Below, piece after piece: positions 13,542 to 27,096 of a DNA stretch of 64,000 nt. A model generated the notes under the pieces. The model was not told the DNA's origin. It worked only from the letters and a program-made list of their open reading frames with translations, and did not search any database. The position numbers and the translations under genes were made by a program. The stretch comes from Gonapodya sp. JEL0774 (Eukaryota), in the NCBI GenBank assembly GCA_027604505.1, contig JADIIX010000011.1, positions 1 through 64,000 of the forward strand, in the 5' to 3' direction. Numbering within the stretch: position 1 is the stretch's first letter; each line of letters opens with the position of its first letter.

Positions 13542-16500
13542 TCACAACTTCGCCGCATCCGCCGATATCTCATCATCACGCAAGACTCTCCTGTCCAATG
13601 CCTTGAACGTCCATGGCGTTTTAATCTACCAACACGGGCGGACAGAAATCATCAGAACTACATCAGTACCCATACGCGCAGTTGCTCACCGCTATACTCG
13701 ACAAGTCGTTATGCATCTCGACGATGTAGTGCCGCCAGTCAGGGGAGTGTATGGAGTCGATCATGTGCAACGCTGGGCCAGGCCATTGTCTGATATGAAT
13801 CAATTTACCAGTGAGAAACACAATCGTTAACGGAAGCGTCCAAGATGGCTAGAGGATTTGCGTGGAGATACTTGCACCGTGTAGCCATTCTTGTATCTAA
13901 TTGGATTCATGCAGTTGTGCGGAAGTCAGTAATGGTATCACGACGTCAAAAAGCACATTGCGCGAGAAGAACCACAGCGGGATTGAACGGGAGCACGCAC
14001 CGGTACCATCCTCCGCAATCTGTGTTCCACACCGAGTTGGTCTTGAGCCAATCCTGAGCATCTTTCGCAAATGCGCGTTGGGCTTCGAGTTTTACCTTCA
14101 TTGTCAAAAGAGCGGGTTCACATTCAATGGAATCCAGATTAAGATACGCCTTTAAGACAAAAACAAACCTCAACAGATTTCATCAGAGGATTGTGCTGGA
14201 ATGCATGAATCATTTGCATCACATAGTTGCACTGTACGAGAACAATGTTCCAATGAGATTGCAAGGAGGGCAAGCTCAAGCTTTCATGGATTCTCTCAAG
14301 CATAACCACAAGACTTACTTGCTGTTCACAACTTATCAGCAGGCTGTTGTGGGTTGGGGGCGTATTCGGCCCGAGGATCATAAACTGTGCGCGATATTTT
14401 AGTGGTTAGATCTTCCTTCCAAAGTCGTCTATCCATGCAGAAACGCGGGCTCACGTAATTTGGGAATCCATGCACCGTCACTTAATGAATTATAGTACAA
14501 GGTAACGGTTCAGCCTCCCACGAAATTCGCAAATGTAACACTTCACAAATGTGGAACCCCACTCACATGTCCTGTACGCCTCAGGATTCTCCTTCCAAGT
14601 ATCTGCCAGCAATTCTCCTCCCCTACCTCTCACCGGCATGTACTTGGATACCCAATTCGCCGCGAAGCCGGTGGCGCACACTACGACTTCCAACTCACGG
14701 AACTCTTCCTTGCCATCACCCAGATCAAGAACGAGACCGCGTTCATAAAAGCGTTTGATCGGTTCCCGGCGGAGGGATACATTAGGCCGTTGGATGGCAG
14801 GGTAATATGTGTCGGTGAAGATTGGACGGCGACCTGAATGGAACACGAGGACAGGACAAGCACAAGTGTGGTGCGTTTCGACATGGTGAACAAAACGATG
14901 AGGTTGGGAGTATAAAACTTACATCCATACGCGAAGTTGGGTGTCAACTTTGCACGGAGTTCGGGGTCCTTCACAGATCGCTCGAGGTACTCCAACGATC
15001 TCTGCGGGTTCAGACAAGCGTCAGAAAACCAGGCAATCGGAACAAAGCCAGCTGCACCTTCCAGTACTACCTTCACAACGACCTTGTTCAGTTTGTGCTC
15101 TCCACCCGTGAACATCACCCAATACTTCTCCCTATCCTGATAGGTCTTGCGGATAAACTCTCTCGCGTACGCAGGGTCTCTAAACTTTTGTCTCTTCTCA
15201 TCGCTCATTTTGATTCCCCCTTCGAGGTATGCCTGCATGTACGTCGGCGTACGCACGTAGTGGTCCAGGTGCGCCACTTGGGGAACGATAGTTTGCACGA
15301 CTTGGATGGCCGTAGAACCATTGCCAATCACGCCGACCGTTTTCCCAGCGACGGAGCTGATGTACATCACATTTGGTTGGCAGATTGGAAGGTTGGCAGA
15401 TCGGAAGGTAGGCAGGTTGGCAGGTTACTTTTCAATTTAACCGGAAAGGACACTGAGATGTAAAAGAAAAGGCTTAAACATACTCTCTGTTCTCGTCCCA
15501 TTGAGCGGTGTGAATCAAGTGCCCTTTGTAGTTTTCTCGGCCCGGAGTATCTGGCCACTTGGGACGGCTGTTGAAAACACATCATTATTCGCACCACCTT
15601 GACTGCGTTGTTCTTGCACACACGTACTTGAGAACTCCTGTTCCATTTACCAAAATATCACAAATTTTCTCAAATCGCTCCTTTTTTCCGGTGCTTGGGT
15701 CCGACTTCTCGATTGTAACCCTCCATTTTGCCCTTTCTTCCTCATAGTCCGCGGCCACCACTGCGTGGTTAAATGAAACGAGTTGAGCGAGGTTGTAGCG
15801 TGCAAAAACGTGACTGAGGTAGTAGAACTTTAAGAGAAGTAACTGTGTTTGAGGGTACCGCAGCCACCAATGAGGTACAAAAGGTATACGCTCACGATTT
15901 CATCCCATTGAGCATAGGATTCACTCCAATCGAAAGTTTCGAAACGGAACTGGTAGGTGTGGGACTGAACATCGCACCGACAGCCTGGGTACCGACTAAG
16001 GATGGGAATGTCGAATAATCACTTGCACCTGGAAGCAAGGGTGCACTTACTTCTCAAACCACGTGCCTATTCAGAGAGAAAGAATGAAAGATGACCATCC
16101 CGACTCATTTTTTCATTGGGATGATAGACTGTTGGACGACACGCCCACCTGCGAAAGAATTATTCTTTTCGAATATCGAAAGATTGACTGCAAATTACAT
16201 CCAGGAAGTATGTTCACTCTGTTTAGCCACTATTGGGATGTGATGCACCCACCGCTCTTCAGTCTCCACTGACTCATAATTCCAAAGGTCATGCCCGAAA
16301 ACCCACTTCCCACGAAAACCACGTCTAAAGGGCGGGGATTCGCTGTACGATAAACAGGGGGAGGTGACAAATGGAACACCGCCCGGTCTTGTGGGTTGTC
16401 CACTGAGTGAAGATGTGACACGAAGGACCAAAATGTGGGAAATGTCGACACGAGCAGCAATGCCAAGACGTGGAAATCACTGAATCATACTTACTGGGGT

Positions 16501-16792
16501 CAGGTTCCTATACATGAAAGTGGGAACAGTTGGGGGAAACAGGCGGAGTGGCGAGGATGCAAACTGTCAGCTTGGAAGTGTCTCCCACTTCGCTTCCCTC
16601 GGCAAACCTCATTCCATATATATTTATAGCGCGAATTTGCACGCACATACTACTCACAGTCGCCGGGTTTACGGGTTTAAGATTGGGCAGAGGTGCAATG
16701 ACTCGTCCGACGGAATCGGGTTTGCGAGGTGCATATCGTGGTCGTGGTGGTAGCTCCAGATTGAGCGCCTCCGACGCATCTTGAATAGACAT
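13542..16792 (-). CDS. Type I Baeyer-Villiger monooxygenase (FAD/NADPH flavoprotein), multi-exon
   Basis: First Rossmann motif VVFVGSGFSG; YPGCRCDVQSHTY; BVMO fingerprint YKGHLIHTAQWD; second Rossmann motif VGVIGNGSTA; CATGF; CGGWY; QWPGPALH. The predicted last exon (13625-13542) ends in AAKL*. Confidence 0.9.
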
Positions 16793-17614
16793 CGAATCTG
16801 AGGTATGAAAGAGGAAACGTAGGTCGGAAAGGTTTTCGGCTGGTCGAAGTGACCGACTCGTCCGGCAATACTTTAACCGAGTCCCATCAAACTCATCTGA
16901 ATGCACCAAAGGGCGGCGGCACGTTTCGAGAGGGGATTTTGCTCATAAAGCACTAAAAATTAATTCAAGTGTAATTTGATATCATGAATAGGAGGATGCT
17001 GTGGGTGGCGGCAGTGCAGTACCACGATCGAACGGTCAGCCACCCAAAACTGAACAATGTCTCACTCATCTATTTTCAATACCCCATGGTCTTCTCAAAA
17101 ATGAGTAAATAGAGCAAAAGAACTTGTCGAAATTCCAATGTATTTCGTTTTCGATTTTGGGGCCCAAGTGTGATGGCTCGGCGCTGCCTCGCCCTTCTCC
17201 CCCAAAGCCTATACTATACTGTATATCGGGGTCCGCCTGTACGTGCTTGCTGACTTCATTCTCCCACGCTTACCGCGACCGCTAATAAATCAAATGGAAT
17301 GCGCAAAAGTGTCGAAGAACTGTTGGCCGTTTGACCATGGGTTAGTTAGTGCGGTGAGAATCCGAGAAGGATAAGGATTGAATAAAAGATCAATATAGGT
17401 TTATCGGCATTCACAATAAATGAGATACTATGACCCATGAATGCAAGCTGTTTGAAACTGAAACATGAAAGCATGCCTCTGTAACAACCACAACTCCGCA
17501 AACAGCACTCCAACTCGGCGTCCGCACCAAAAGAAGGGCACAAGTTTAAGCATTTATTGCCCCATACGTATCTTACAAAGTGTCCATAACATCATTGCCA
17601 TTATTTATCTGTCT

Positions 17615-18573
17615 TCAGTCATCGTCATCGTCGTTATCATCATTGTCCTCTTCCACATACTCGTCCTTTTGCTTGGGCTTTTTCTTCTTTTTCTTGGGCG
17701 CACCAGCAGCCTTCCCTACCTCCGAATCTCCGTCCTCTTTTGCGGATCCCGCGGCCCACCCTTTCGGCAAATGCCTCCCAATGAATTCAACGTATTCATC
17801 CACTAATTCAGCCGGAATCCACATCTCGGTTCGTTTATCCTCAGGGTCTCCACCTGCCCGATCAGCAAGGAATTCGCGGGTGCGGTGTCGCAGACCCTGA
17901 GCAGACGAGCCACCCGAGAGCTTCTTCTCGATGCCCAATTCCGTTTTGACAATATCCTTCCAAAGACGCGACTGTCCTGGGGAGCCACCGTCACCCACAC
18001 TTGTGTTTGTGAGGCTCGGGCTCGGTTCCACGGACTGGGCCTTTTTGGTCATCCTTTTAGGCACAACATCCTCCATAGGTTCTACAGAATCATCTTTCAA
18101 CGCTGCTTCTTTAAGGGCAGGGATGGCGCGAGGTCGCTTCCGGCTGGACTTCTTAGGGGGGAAGTCATAATCATCCGCGGATTCGTCCTCCTCGTCGCTA
18201 TTCTCCTCTAGAGAAAAATGGTGTCAATAAATCATCCAGATTGCCACAAACGCCGATGTATATTGTGCTCAACAACTTTGTGCGACTCACCAAACCGATA
18301 GCTCGTGTCCCCACCAATCGTCTTTCTGCGTTTATCACTCGATTTCCCCGAGTCACTCGACTTTGCTATACGCTTCTTTGCAGCTGCGGGAGGCGCAGAA
18401 GCGGTTGCAGGTTTCCGGATTGCGGCCGCCGGTTTATCGACATTTTTGACAGCTCGACTGCGCTTGCTCGCGGGGAGGGCACGAGCGGTTGTCGATCCGG
18501 CGCCAGTGAGCCAGCCAAAAAAGTAGGTCCAAACGGATGTAATGGACCATGCCGTGGCAGGTGGGGATGTCAT
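17615..18573 (-). CDS. Hypothetical protein with Lys-rich NLS-like and acidic tracts and a small helical domain; 2 exons
   Basis: ATG at 18573, GTGAGT donor at ~18290 and TAG acceptor at ~18209 lead into ORF 17615..18100. No family recognised. Confidence 0.6.
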
Positions 18574-18975
18574 TTTGTTCGGGGCGAGATCGAACAATGA
18601 ATTCGCAGTCGGACGGGGAAGATGAGAGGTCACAGCAAAATAGGTGCGGGAACCCTTAGTAGGAAGAGCTCGAGATGTGGATAATCACTATGTGCAGTAT
18701 CGATTCAGAGGAGAGCGGCTCTTTGCACAGTGAACTCCCAAGCTCCCCCTTCTCTCCACAAGCCCTTTACCTACCAGCGCATGATTCAGCTAAATCCATT
18801 CCAAAAGTTACAAGAACATGAAGCAGTGAATAATGCCTCATCTACGCTTTAAGCAAATGGTCATAAGGTAAAGTACGTGAAAACATCAAATCTTCCACCG
18901 CATTTTGAAGAGATTAAGGCTGCGAGGTCCTATTGAAGGCAGTGACAACAACATTGGTCTTCCCAGCGCGACAAC

Positions 18976-19980
<1,005 letters not shown>

Positions 19981-20330
19981 CAATAAAATGTGGTGACCGG
20001 AGATGATGCGAGAGGCCGGCTCCCGGCCGGCTCCATTGCCTCACTTGGCGGTCGCCACTTTCCCAGTGTTTTCATGTGTGATTCCCACTTGCCGGTAGTG
20101 TTCGGATCCTTCTCTTTTCCATGAAGATCACTTTCTAGTTTGCGGGTCTACATTTGTCTTCCCAACATCCTGGACCCATTTCCTCCACCTCTGAAAGAAC
20201 TAATACATAAATATTGTATAATAGTACATAGCTGCAGCTGACAACCTCACGCGGAGTGATTTGATGTGTGAAAGTTTTGTTCGTCATCACCATTGCTGGC
20301 GGCTTGAATAACTTACACCCCTTTCTCTAA

Positions 20331-21955
20331 TCATTTACTCCATTTCCGCGACTTCCCCGTTTCCACGACCACTCTACCACTTTTGATTACAGCTCGCTCC
20401 ACGTCTGCATAACAAATAGCTTCATGCAAAGACCTCAGATGCCGCCCCGGTATGAAATGCGAACAATTTCCACTCATCTCTTCATCTTCCGCCACTGGTC
20501 CTTTGAGAATAACAAAGTCAGCAGGCTCATCCCGCCGAAAGCAGCTCTGCAAAGAAAAATCATGCACGAGACCCGTCCTCTTTAAGCCCATCGCGTGACG
20601 CGCTCTTGTGCTGGCCATTTCAATCGCCAGCTCAACGTCAACTGTGGCACCAAGATGCAACGCAGTGCATGCTAAGTTAACTGTCTTCAGTGGGTCGAAG
20701 TCCGAAAGTGGAGAAAACAAGTTTTGGAGGTTGTTGCTGGACAAGCAGCAGAAACATGCTGCTACCCCGTCGGCTCCGCGGGCAAGTCGATGCACCGGTG
20801 CCACACCACGTCGGATCCCGCCCCCTGTGTAACCGTCGCGACGGCCCCACATGTACAGGTCGCTGCACACCGGATGGTTTTGCGTAGTCGAAGAAACTGA
20901 TCAATGATGTACTTAGCTCGGTCACCGAATGAACTTACCTCCCAGGAAGAGAGACGATACTTATACCCGCTTCCGACACAAGACCCGCAATTTTATTCAA
21001 ATCCTGAACTGACAAGTCCGATAGGCGTGTGCAATGACCAACCGACACTCGTCCTTGAAAGCCACGCTCTATTGTCATTCGTGCTATGGTCGGAAGCATC
21101 AAAGCGGGGGACTGGTGGGGCCCAGGATCTAGAAAATCCAAGTGAAAGTCTACGTCACATCCGGCCTCCTTCGCGATGTCAAAAACTATCTCAGCGTTAC
21201 GGATGGGATCCGGGTCTGTGTAAGGGGCACTAGCAATGAGATCGGCTCTTTCGGGGTTCAACGGATTCAGAGCTTCTCGCAACAGTGCTTCAGTTCCGAG
21301 GAGGTTGGTAATGCCATCTTGCGCAAAGGCGGCAAGCTGAAGATGAACCCTGTGAGGGTGAACGCTTTCTTTGACTCTGTGGAGAGCAGAGAGGAGGCTA
21401 TGTACCAAGAAAAAGCGGTGAGCAAGGGGTCGAAGTCGGTAAAGGAGAAATTGAAGGTTTGTTGAACTTTATCACCTCTCACCTCAAGCCCACATTGGAG
21501 TCCACCTCAACGAACGACCTCGCATAAGTCACGCCACAGCTCACAGATCTGTTTAGCGCTCGTCGTGCTCGCTCCACCGTGTCGGCGATCGTAAAGTTTC
21601 TTCTCGCGGCCGCGGTTTGTGTGAGCGCCTCGGCGAAATCCCCACAGACTGGTGGAGTACGTGAGAGGATGAGGGCTTTATCGAGATGGAGATGTGGTTC
21701 TGCAAAGGCAGGCAAAAGAAGGTGACCCGATGCATCGTATTCTTCGCCCCAACTGTGTTGAGAATCGGTTTCAGGAGATAAGCTCGTCGTTGGAACGATG
21801 GACACAATCAATCCGCTCTCGTTGATTGCGATGTCAAATAGTTGGCGATCAATGGCATCGAGTGTGTTCACATTCGTTTGTAAAGGTGAAGTGGATGAGA
21901 GAAAAGGGATGTAGGCTCTTTTGATAAGGGAGAGTTGGCGAGCGGACGATTCCAT
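20331..21955 (-). CDS. Metal-dependent amidohydrolase, bacterial cytosine deaminase (CodA)-like; 3 exons
   Basis: LLLPAFAEPHLHLDKA (HxH); GVTYARSFVEVD; LQLAAFAQDG; DVDFHLD; VSVGHCT; SLP|SDLYM; SSNNLQNLFSP. Introns at ~21415-21482 and ~20875-20939. Confidence 0.85.
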
Positions 21956-23153
21956 CAACGAAGACAGATACTGTCAGTTCTCAGAGATGTTGGTAATTCT
22001 TGTGTATGGTTGATTCAACGCAATGACGGAATTATAATGAGATTCCCAACGGATCGGCTTGGAATTGTGATAATGTTTGAAAATGAATGCATTTCAATTC
22101 TTCGAGATCCATAATGTTACATGAGACGCCATCGAGGATAGATAAATGTCCTTGCGCAGTCACAACCCAAGAGTCCATCAGTAAGAAAGTACAATCTCTG
22201 CTTCCTTCCCATTCCGACTCCTCCATCAACACCGGCGTGACACCTCCATCAACACCATCATTTTCGCCATATCATTTGGGGGTGTAAAAGCCAAGGGTCT
22301 GATAATGGTATGTGCATATCAGCAATATATGACGGAAAAAATTCCCACCGTAGTACTCACGAGACCCTCTAAGACTCTCTTCCAGGTCGGAATTTTCTTC
22401 TAATGACACGTGATGGTGATGATGTGCCGTTGGCAGTGTACGGGACAGGAGGAGTGAAAGAGAACGAACAGAAGGAGGAAAGGGTTGCGGTGTCAAAGAA
22501 GAATGAAGCCACGAGGTCTTGCAGAACACTCACCGCTTGGTTGTCAGTACCGGGCATGTTAGATGATAAGAGGGGAAAGTGTGGAATTCTCGTTGCAATT
22601 TGTGATATTACACTGAAAGAATCGGCGGCTTTTATAACCCAGAGAATTGTGTGCCCTCGCGTAAGTTTTGGTTTTGCGTGTGGGATGATGATATGAATCC
22701 CGCAAAGCAGAAACAACCTGATCAGGGTGAGGCAGGCACCAGGCAGTGGGGGACATCTCACACCCCAGGATTCGGAAGCTAATGAATGCGTATAGGCATT
22801 ACAATATCCGTACTTCGATTTTGGAAACTGGAATGATACCTTTGCGTCACCTGTCACGAACTCTATCATCATGAGGTGGGTGCTGTTATGTGCCACATAG
22901 AGTTAGACTTCCGAGGCAATTCACGCAAAACGGTACATAATATTTCACGAAGATTGCGCCATTATAATCATTTCGAAAGTTTCCTCAATAAAACATCTGC
23001 CAAGTTGGGCTCAACTATATCTTCACCACGAGATCTTCAGAACCATGAACGGCATTGGAACCCCGCAACAGAATGAGAACACATAACTGCAAAATGAGCT
23101 CCGTCAATGTTGTATGATACATCTCAATAATGCATTTACGAATGAGGCACATG

Positions 23154-26100
23154 TTATGCAGTGGCTACCGATGGATTTATTGCGCCGCCAGAGAGAAGCT
23201 GTCCAGCCAACGAAAACGTGATGGGGGGGGAAATAACCCCATTGGTGCATGTCAGGCTGTTGCTATTGAATATTCCTCCGACGTTGGGTTGGTCGTCCAA
23301 GGTCTCAAAACTCAAAACATTCCCAGAAACTTGGAAGTTTCCCCCATTCCATGACTGCGATACAGTGAGGTCTTGCGCTCCGCCGAAAGTCAACTGCAGA
23401 GCGGCGAGACCGCTGAGAATAAACTCTCGTCGTCAGCTAAAAAATGTCATTAAATCAAAATTGAGATCTATTCTCACCCGTTCGCGTCACCAGCAGGTGC
23501 TCGGCCATTAACAGAGATTTGGGTGTTGAGCCCGAAGGAGATAGGTGCAGCTCCCCAACATCCCCCAGTTGACACTGTCATGACGTAGTTAGGAGCACCC
23601 GCGGTACTGGGATAAACAACAATTTAGATAGCAGCAAGATGTCTTCGTGAGTACGAGTTACTCACGCAGGAGGCCCTGCTATTACAGGAACAGACGGGGT
23701 AGGAGCGGGCACATTAGCCCCAGCTGACGTAGCAGGAGCAGGAGCAGTGGGGGTAGCTGGTGCAGCTGCCACTCCTTTGGGATGTAGCTGGGGAACGATG
23801 GCGCCTCCCGTGAGGAGCTGGCCGGTCATGGACAAGTTGGGTAGAGTCGCCGGAGCTATCCCGTTGCACGCAACACCGGTTGGCGCCAGCAACTGCAAGA
23901 AGATGTTGGGACCATCGTCGATTGTTTGGAAGTTCAGATTGTTGCCCGAGATCGTCTGCGCAGCGATACCACCACCGTTCGAGAATCCAATACTCGTGTA
24001 GCCGCCAAAAGTGATAGTGAGGGCAGCGAGACCACTAAGTAAGGTTAAAAATCAAACTTAATTGGGATTTTATGCGTGATGAGTAAGTCGCAGTGAACAA
24101 ACCCATTGGCATCAGCTGCTGGTTGCTCGCCATTGACCTGGGCGAAAATGTTCATCTGGAAAATGTTCTGTCCATTGCCGCTTGGGTAGCAAGCGACATA
24201 CTCGTAGGCAAAATCGTACACCGGAGCAGAAGACGCAGCAGGTACAGGCGCAGGAACTGGCGCAGGCACAGGAATCGTAGCGGCTTGTCCGGCTTTAATT
24301 CGCAAAACAAGAACAAACAGTAAAGCACTGGAACATGGTGGACTGGAACGTTTTACATCTCACCAGCGGGTGTCGCAGCAACTCCCTTCGGGTGGAGCTG
24401 GGGAACAATTGCGCCTCCCGCGAGCAGTTGGCCGGTCATGGACAAGTTGGGAAGAGTCGCTGGAGCTTTTCCATTGCAAGCAACACCGGTAGGTGCCAGC
24501 AACTGCAAGAAGATGTTGGGACCATCGTCGACTGTCTGGAAGTTCAGATTGTTGCCGGACGTCGTCTGGGCAGCGATGCCACCGCCGTTCGAGAATCCTA
24601 TGCTCGCATAGCCACCAAAAGTTATTGTAAGAGCAGCAAGACCACTGAACCAGGTGCCACTTAAGTAAAGCTTATTTTCGTTGCTTCAAAGGCAATCAAC
24701 TTCGTACACACCCGTTCGCGTCCGCAGCTGGTTGCTCCCCGTTGACCTGAGCAAAAATGTTCATCTGGAAAATATTTTGTCCATTGCCGCTTGGGTAACA
24801 CGCGGCATATTCGTATGCAAAATCGTAAACCGGAGCGGCAGAAGTGGCCGGCGCAGGCACAGGAACTGGCGCAGGAACAGGAACAGGCGCAGGAACAGGA
24901 ACGGGCGCAGGGACGGTATTGGGGGCCGGAGTTGCGGTAGTGGCAGGATTAGGTGTGACAGCTAAGTATGGGGGGGCTGTTAGAGGCTGCTCACCACATT
25001 GCGTGGCACACATGTTTTCACCTGATACCCCGAACCCGGCTTTGGGCATAATTTGTGCATTTATCGGACCACCCGACAGCTGCAAATAGATAGTTCTCCA
25101 GTTGCGTGTCTGTCAACCGAGTAAACGACAGACTCACAAGCTGGCCCGTCATAGTGAGTGTCGGTAGCGGCGATGGCAATCCATTCACACACGTAACCCC
25201 CACAGGGGCCTGGAATTGTCCGGAAATGTTTGGTCCGTCATCGACAGTCTCGAAAGACCACTGATTGCCGGTAAATTTCTGGTTGTTGGTTGCCGAAGCA
25301 CCACCAGTGATTGTGTCGTACTGAACACAAAAGAAAATAGAACTTTCACGCTTTGTGCGCGCGCAAAGCTTCAAAGAGTACTGATACTTACACCGTTAAA
25401 CGTGATTGTGAGCGCCGCCAATCCACCATTCGCATCAGCTGCCGGTTGATCACCATTGACTGATGCCTTGATGTTGAGCTGAAATGTGAAGTGAGGAGCA
25501 CTACCGTAGCAAGATGAAACATCCCACACGAAGAGGTAGTTGGGTGCACCTGAAACTGTCGTCGCAGCCTGAGCAGCGGCGGCAGAGGTAGGCGCTGGCG
25601 CCGGAGCTGTAGCTGGTGAGGGCACGGCAACTGGCGAAGCCACGGGAGGGGAAACTGGAGCTGCGGTTGTAGTCACTTTGGGTTTGGCAGTCTTTTTCTT
25701 CTTTGCCTTTGTCACGGCGGGTGGGGGAACTGCAGCCGGCACTGGGGCAGGAACTGGAACAGGAGATGGCGCAGGAACTGCAACTGGAGATGGAGCAGGA
25801 GCTGCTACTGGAGGCGGAGCAGGAACTGCAACTGGAGATGGAGCAGTTACCGCTGCTTCGGCTTCAAAAGTTGGAATTGATCAAGAGGAAGCTCGGACTG
25901 ATAGGCATTATGCACAACATACCCGCTGCGATCACAATGTCCGAACAATCCTGATAGAAACCATTATCCGCTTGCGATGCCCATAGCCACATCAAAACTG
26001 CGTGATCCGAGGTCTGACCGGCAGGCAAGGTAATCGTTGTTGAAAGGAGATTGACGTCGATTCCGTCGGCGAGGGTGACAAAAGGCTGACCCGCAGCCGT

Positions 26101-26734
26101 TTGCAAGGAGATAGTGACTCCAGGTGCACTAACGTGAGGTATTGTGATTCTAGATGTGCGAGCGAGGATAAGGTAGATGCATGAATGAGAGTGAAAACAC
26201 GATATCGTCTGAGTCGGTGCACCTACCTCCACGAAACAGTTACTTGCTGCCCAGCAGTGTAAGTTGCTCGAATTGCGCTCGGCTGGGTAACATGGCATGC
26301 CTGTTTCTGCGCTGCAGTCACAGGGAAATTGGGTATCTGAAAGTTGTGGAACACATAGAACCATCAACGAAAATGCTGCCTCTCCAAAGTCTCCAAAGAC
26401 GAACCTTGACGCCAGGGGAGATTTCTTCTCCATCTGAGTATAGAAGTAAAAAGGATGATTAGATTCTGTCGACTTGTATGGGCAGTGAAGTGAGACATCG
26501 CGAGCTCCGCGAACGTCCTGCGAGTCCAAAACGAACCGCCAACCGTCCCAGTTTCAAAATTTTCAAGTGATCAAGCTCGCAGGGACTCTGATTGTTGCCA
26601 TCAACGCGGAAACACAGGATGAACTCACCACGTGGCTGTGGTACCGTCAGGATGGCGTGGGCACTGACCCGATCAACAACCACCAGGGCGAAGAGTAGGG
26701 CGACAATGCCGATGAATGAACGAGTACGAGTCAT
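23154..26734 (-). CDS. Secreted LPMO-like (His1) protein: signal peptide, ~130-aa copper-brace-like domain, P/A/T/V linkers and 4 copies of an unrecognised ~125-aa module
   Basis: Signal peptide MTRTRSFIGIVALLFALVVVDRVSA followed by H. Spliced domain: HAILTVPQPR|DGEEISPGVK|IPNFPVTAAQKQACHVTQPSAIRATYTAGQQVTVSWR|ITIPHVSAPGV...TLPAGQTSDHAVLMWLWASQADNGFYQDCSDIVI. The exons I checked join in phase, ending at TAA 23154. Confidence 0.8.
23770..24870 (-). repeat. Intragenic tandem duplication (~610-bp period) encoding module copies 2 and 3
   Basis: Near-identical coding blocks, e.g. gccagcaactgcaagaagatgttgggaccatcgtcga at ~23885 and ~24495. The introns inside the two copies are dissimilar. Confidence 0.95.
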
Positions 26735-27096
26735 CAGTGGGGGTCGTGTAGGAGTGATGATTGATAAATAAGTTGGTGCTATCAAATCTGCCCACCAACA
26801 GATCTGAAGCGGTGAGGTACAAACCAGGAAACTGATCTCGGAACCCTTGCGGTCACTTGGCAAAGGATTTGTCCGAACGGAAACATTTCCCGTGAAGACT
26901 GAATTTGGGAATGGTGAGACTAAAGGTTTACAACACCACATGAACAATATTAGAATATCCAGTAGAAAGCTGATCAATCGGTGTCTCCCTGACAAAGTTG
27001 ACAAGGACCTGACATACGACATACAAAAAACAAGTTCAAAGTCATGGTTACTGAGCGGCTATTTTAGCAGATTACCGTGCGCGTGACATAAGCACA

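Noticed and set aside
22032..22900. Several short ORFs between the amidohydrolase and LPMO-like genes
   Set aside because: No recognisable motif, and I could not build a consistent exon chain. A small gene cannot be excluded.
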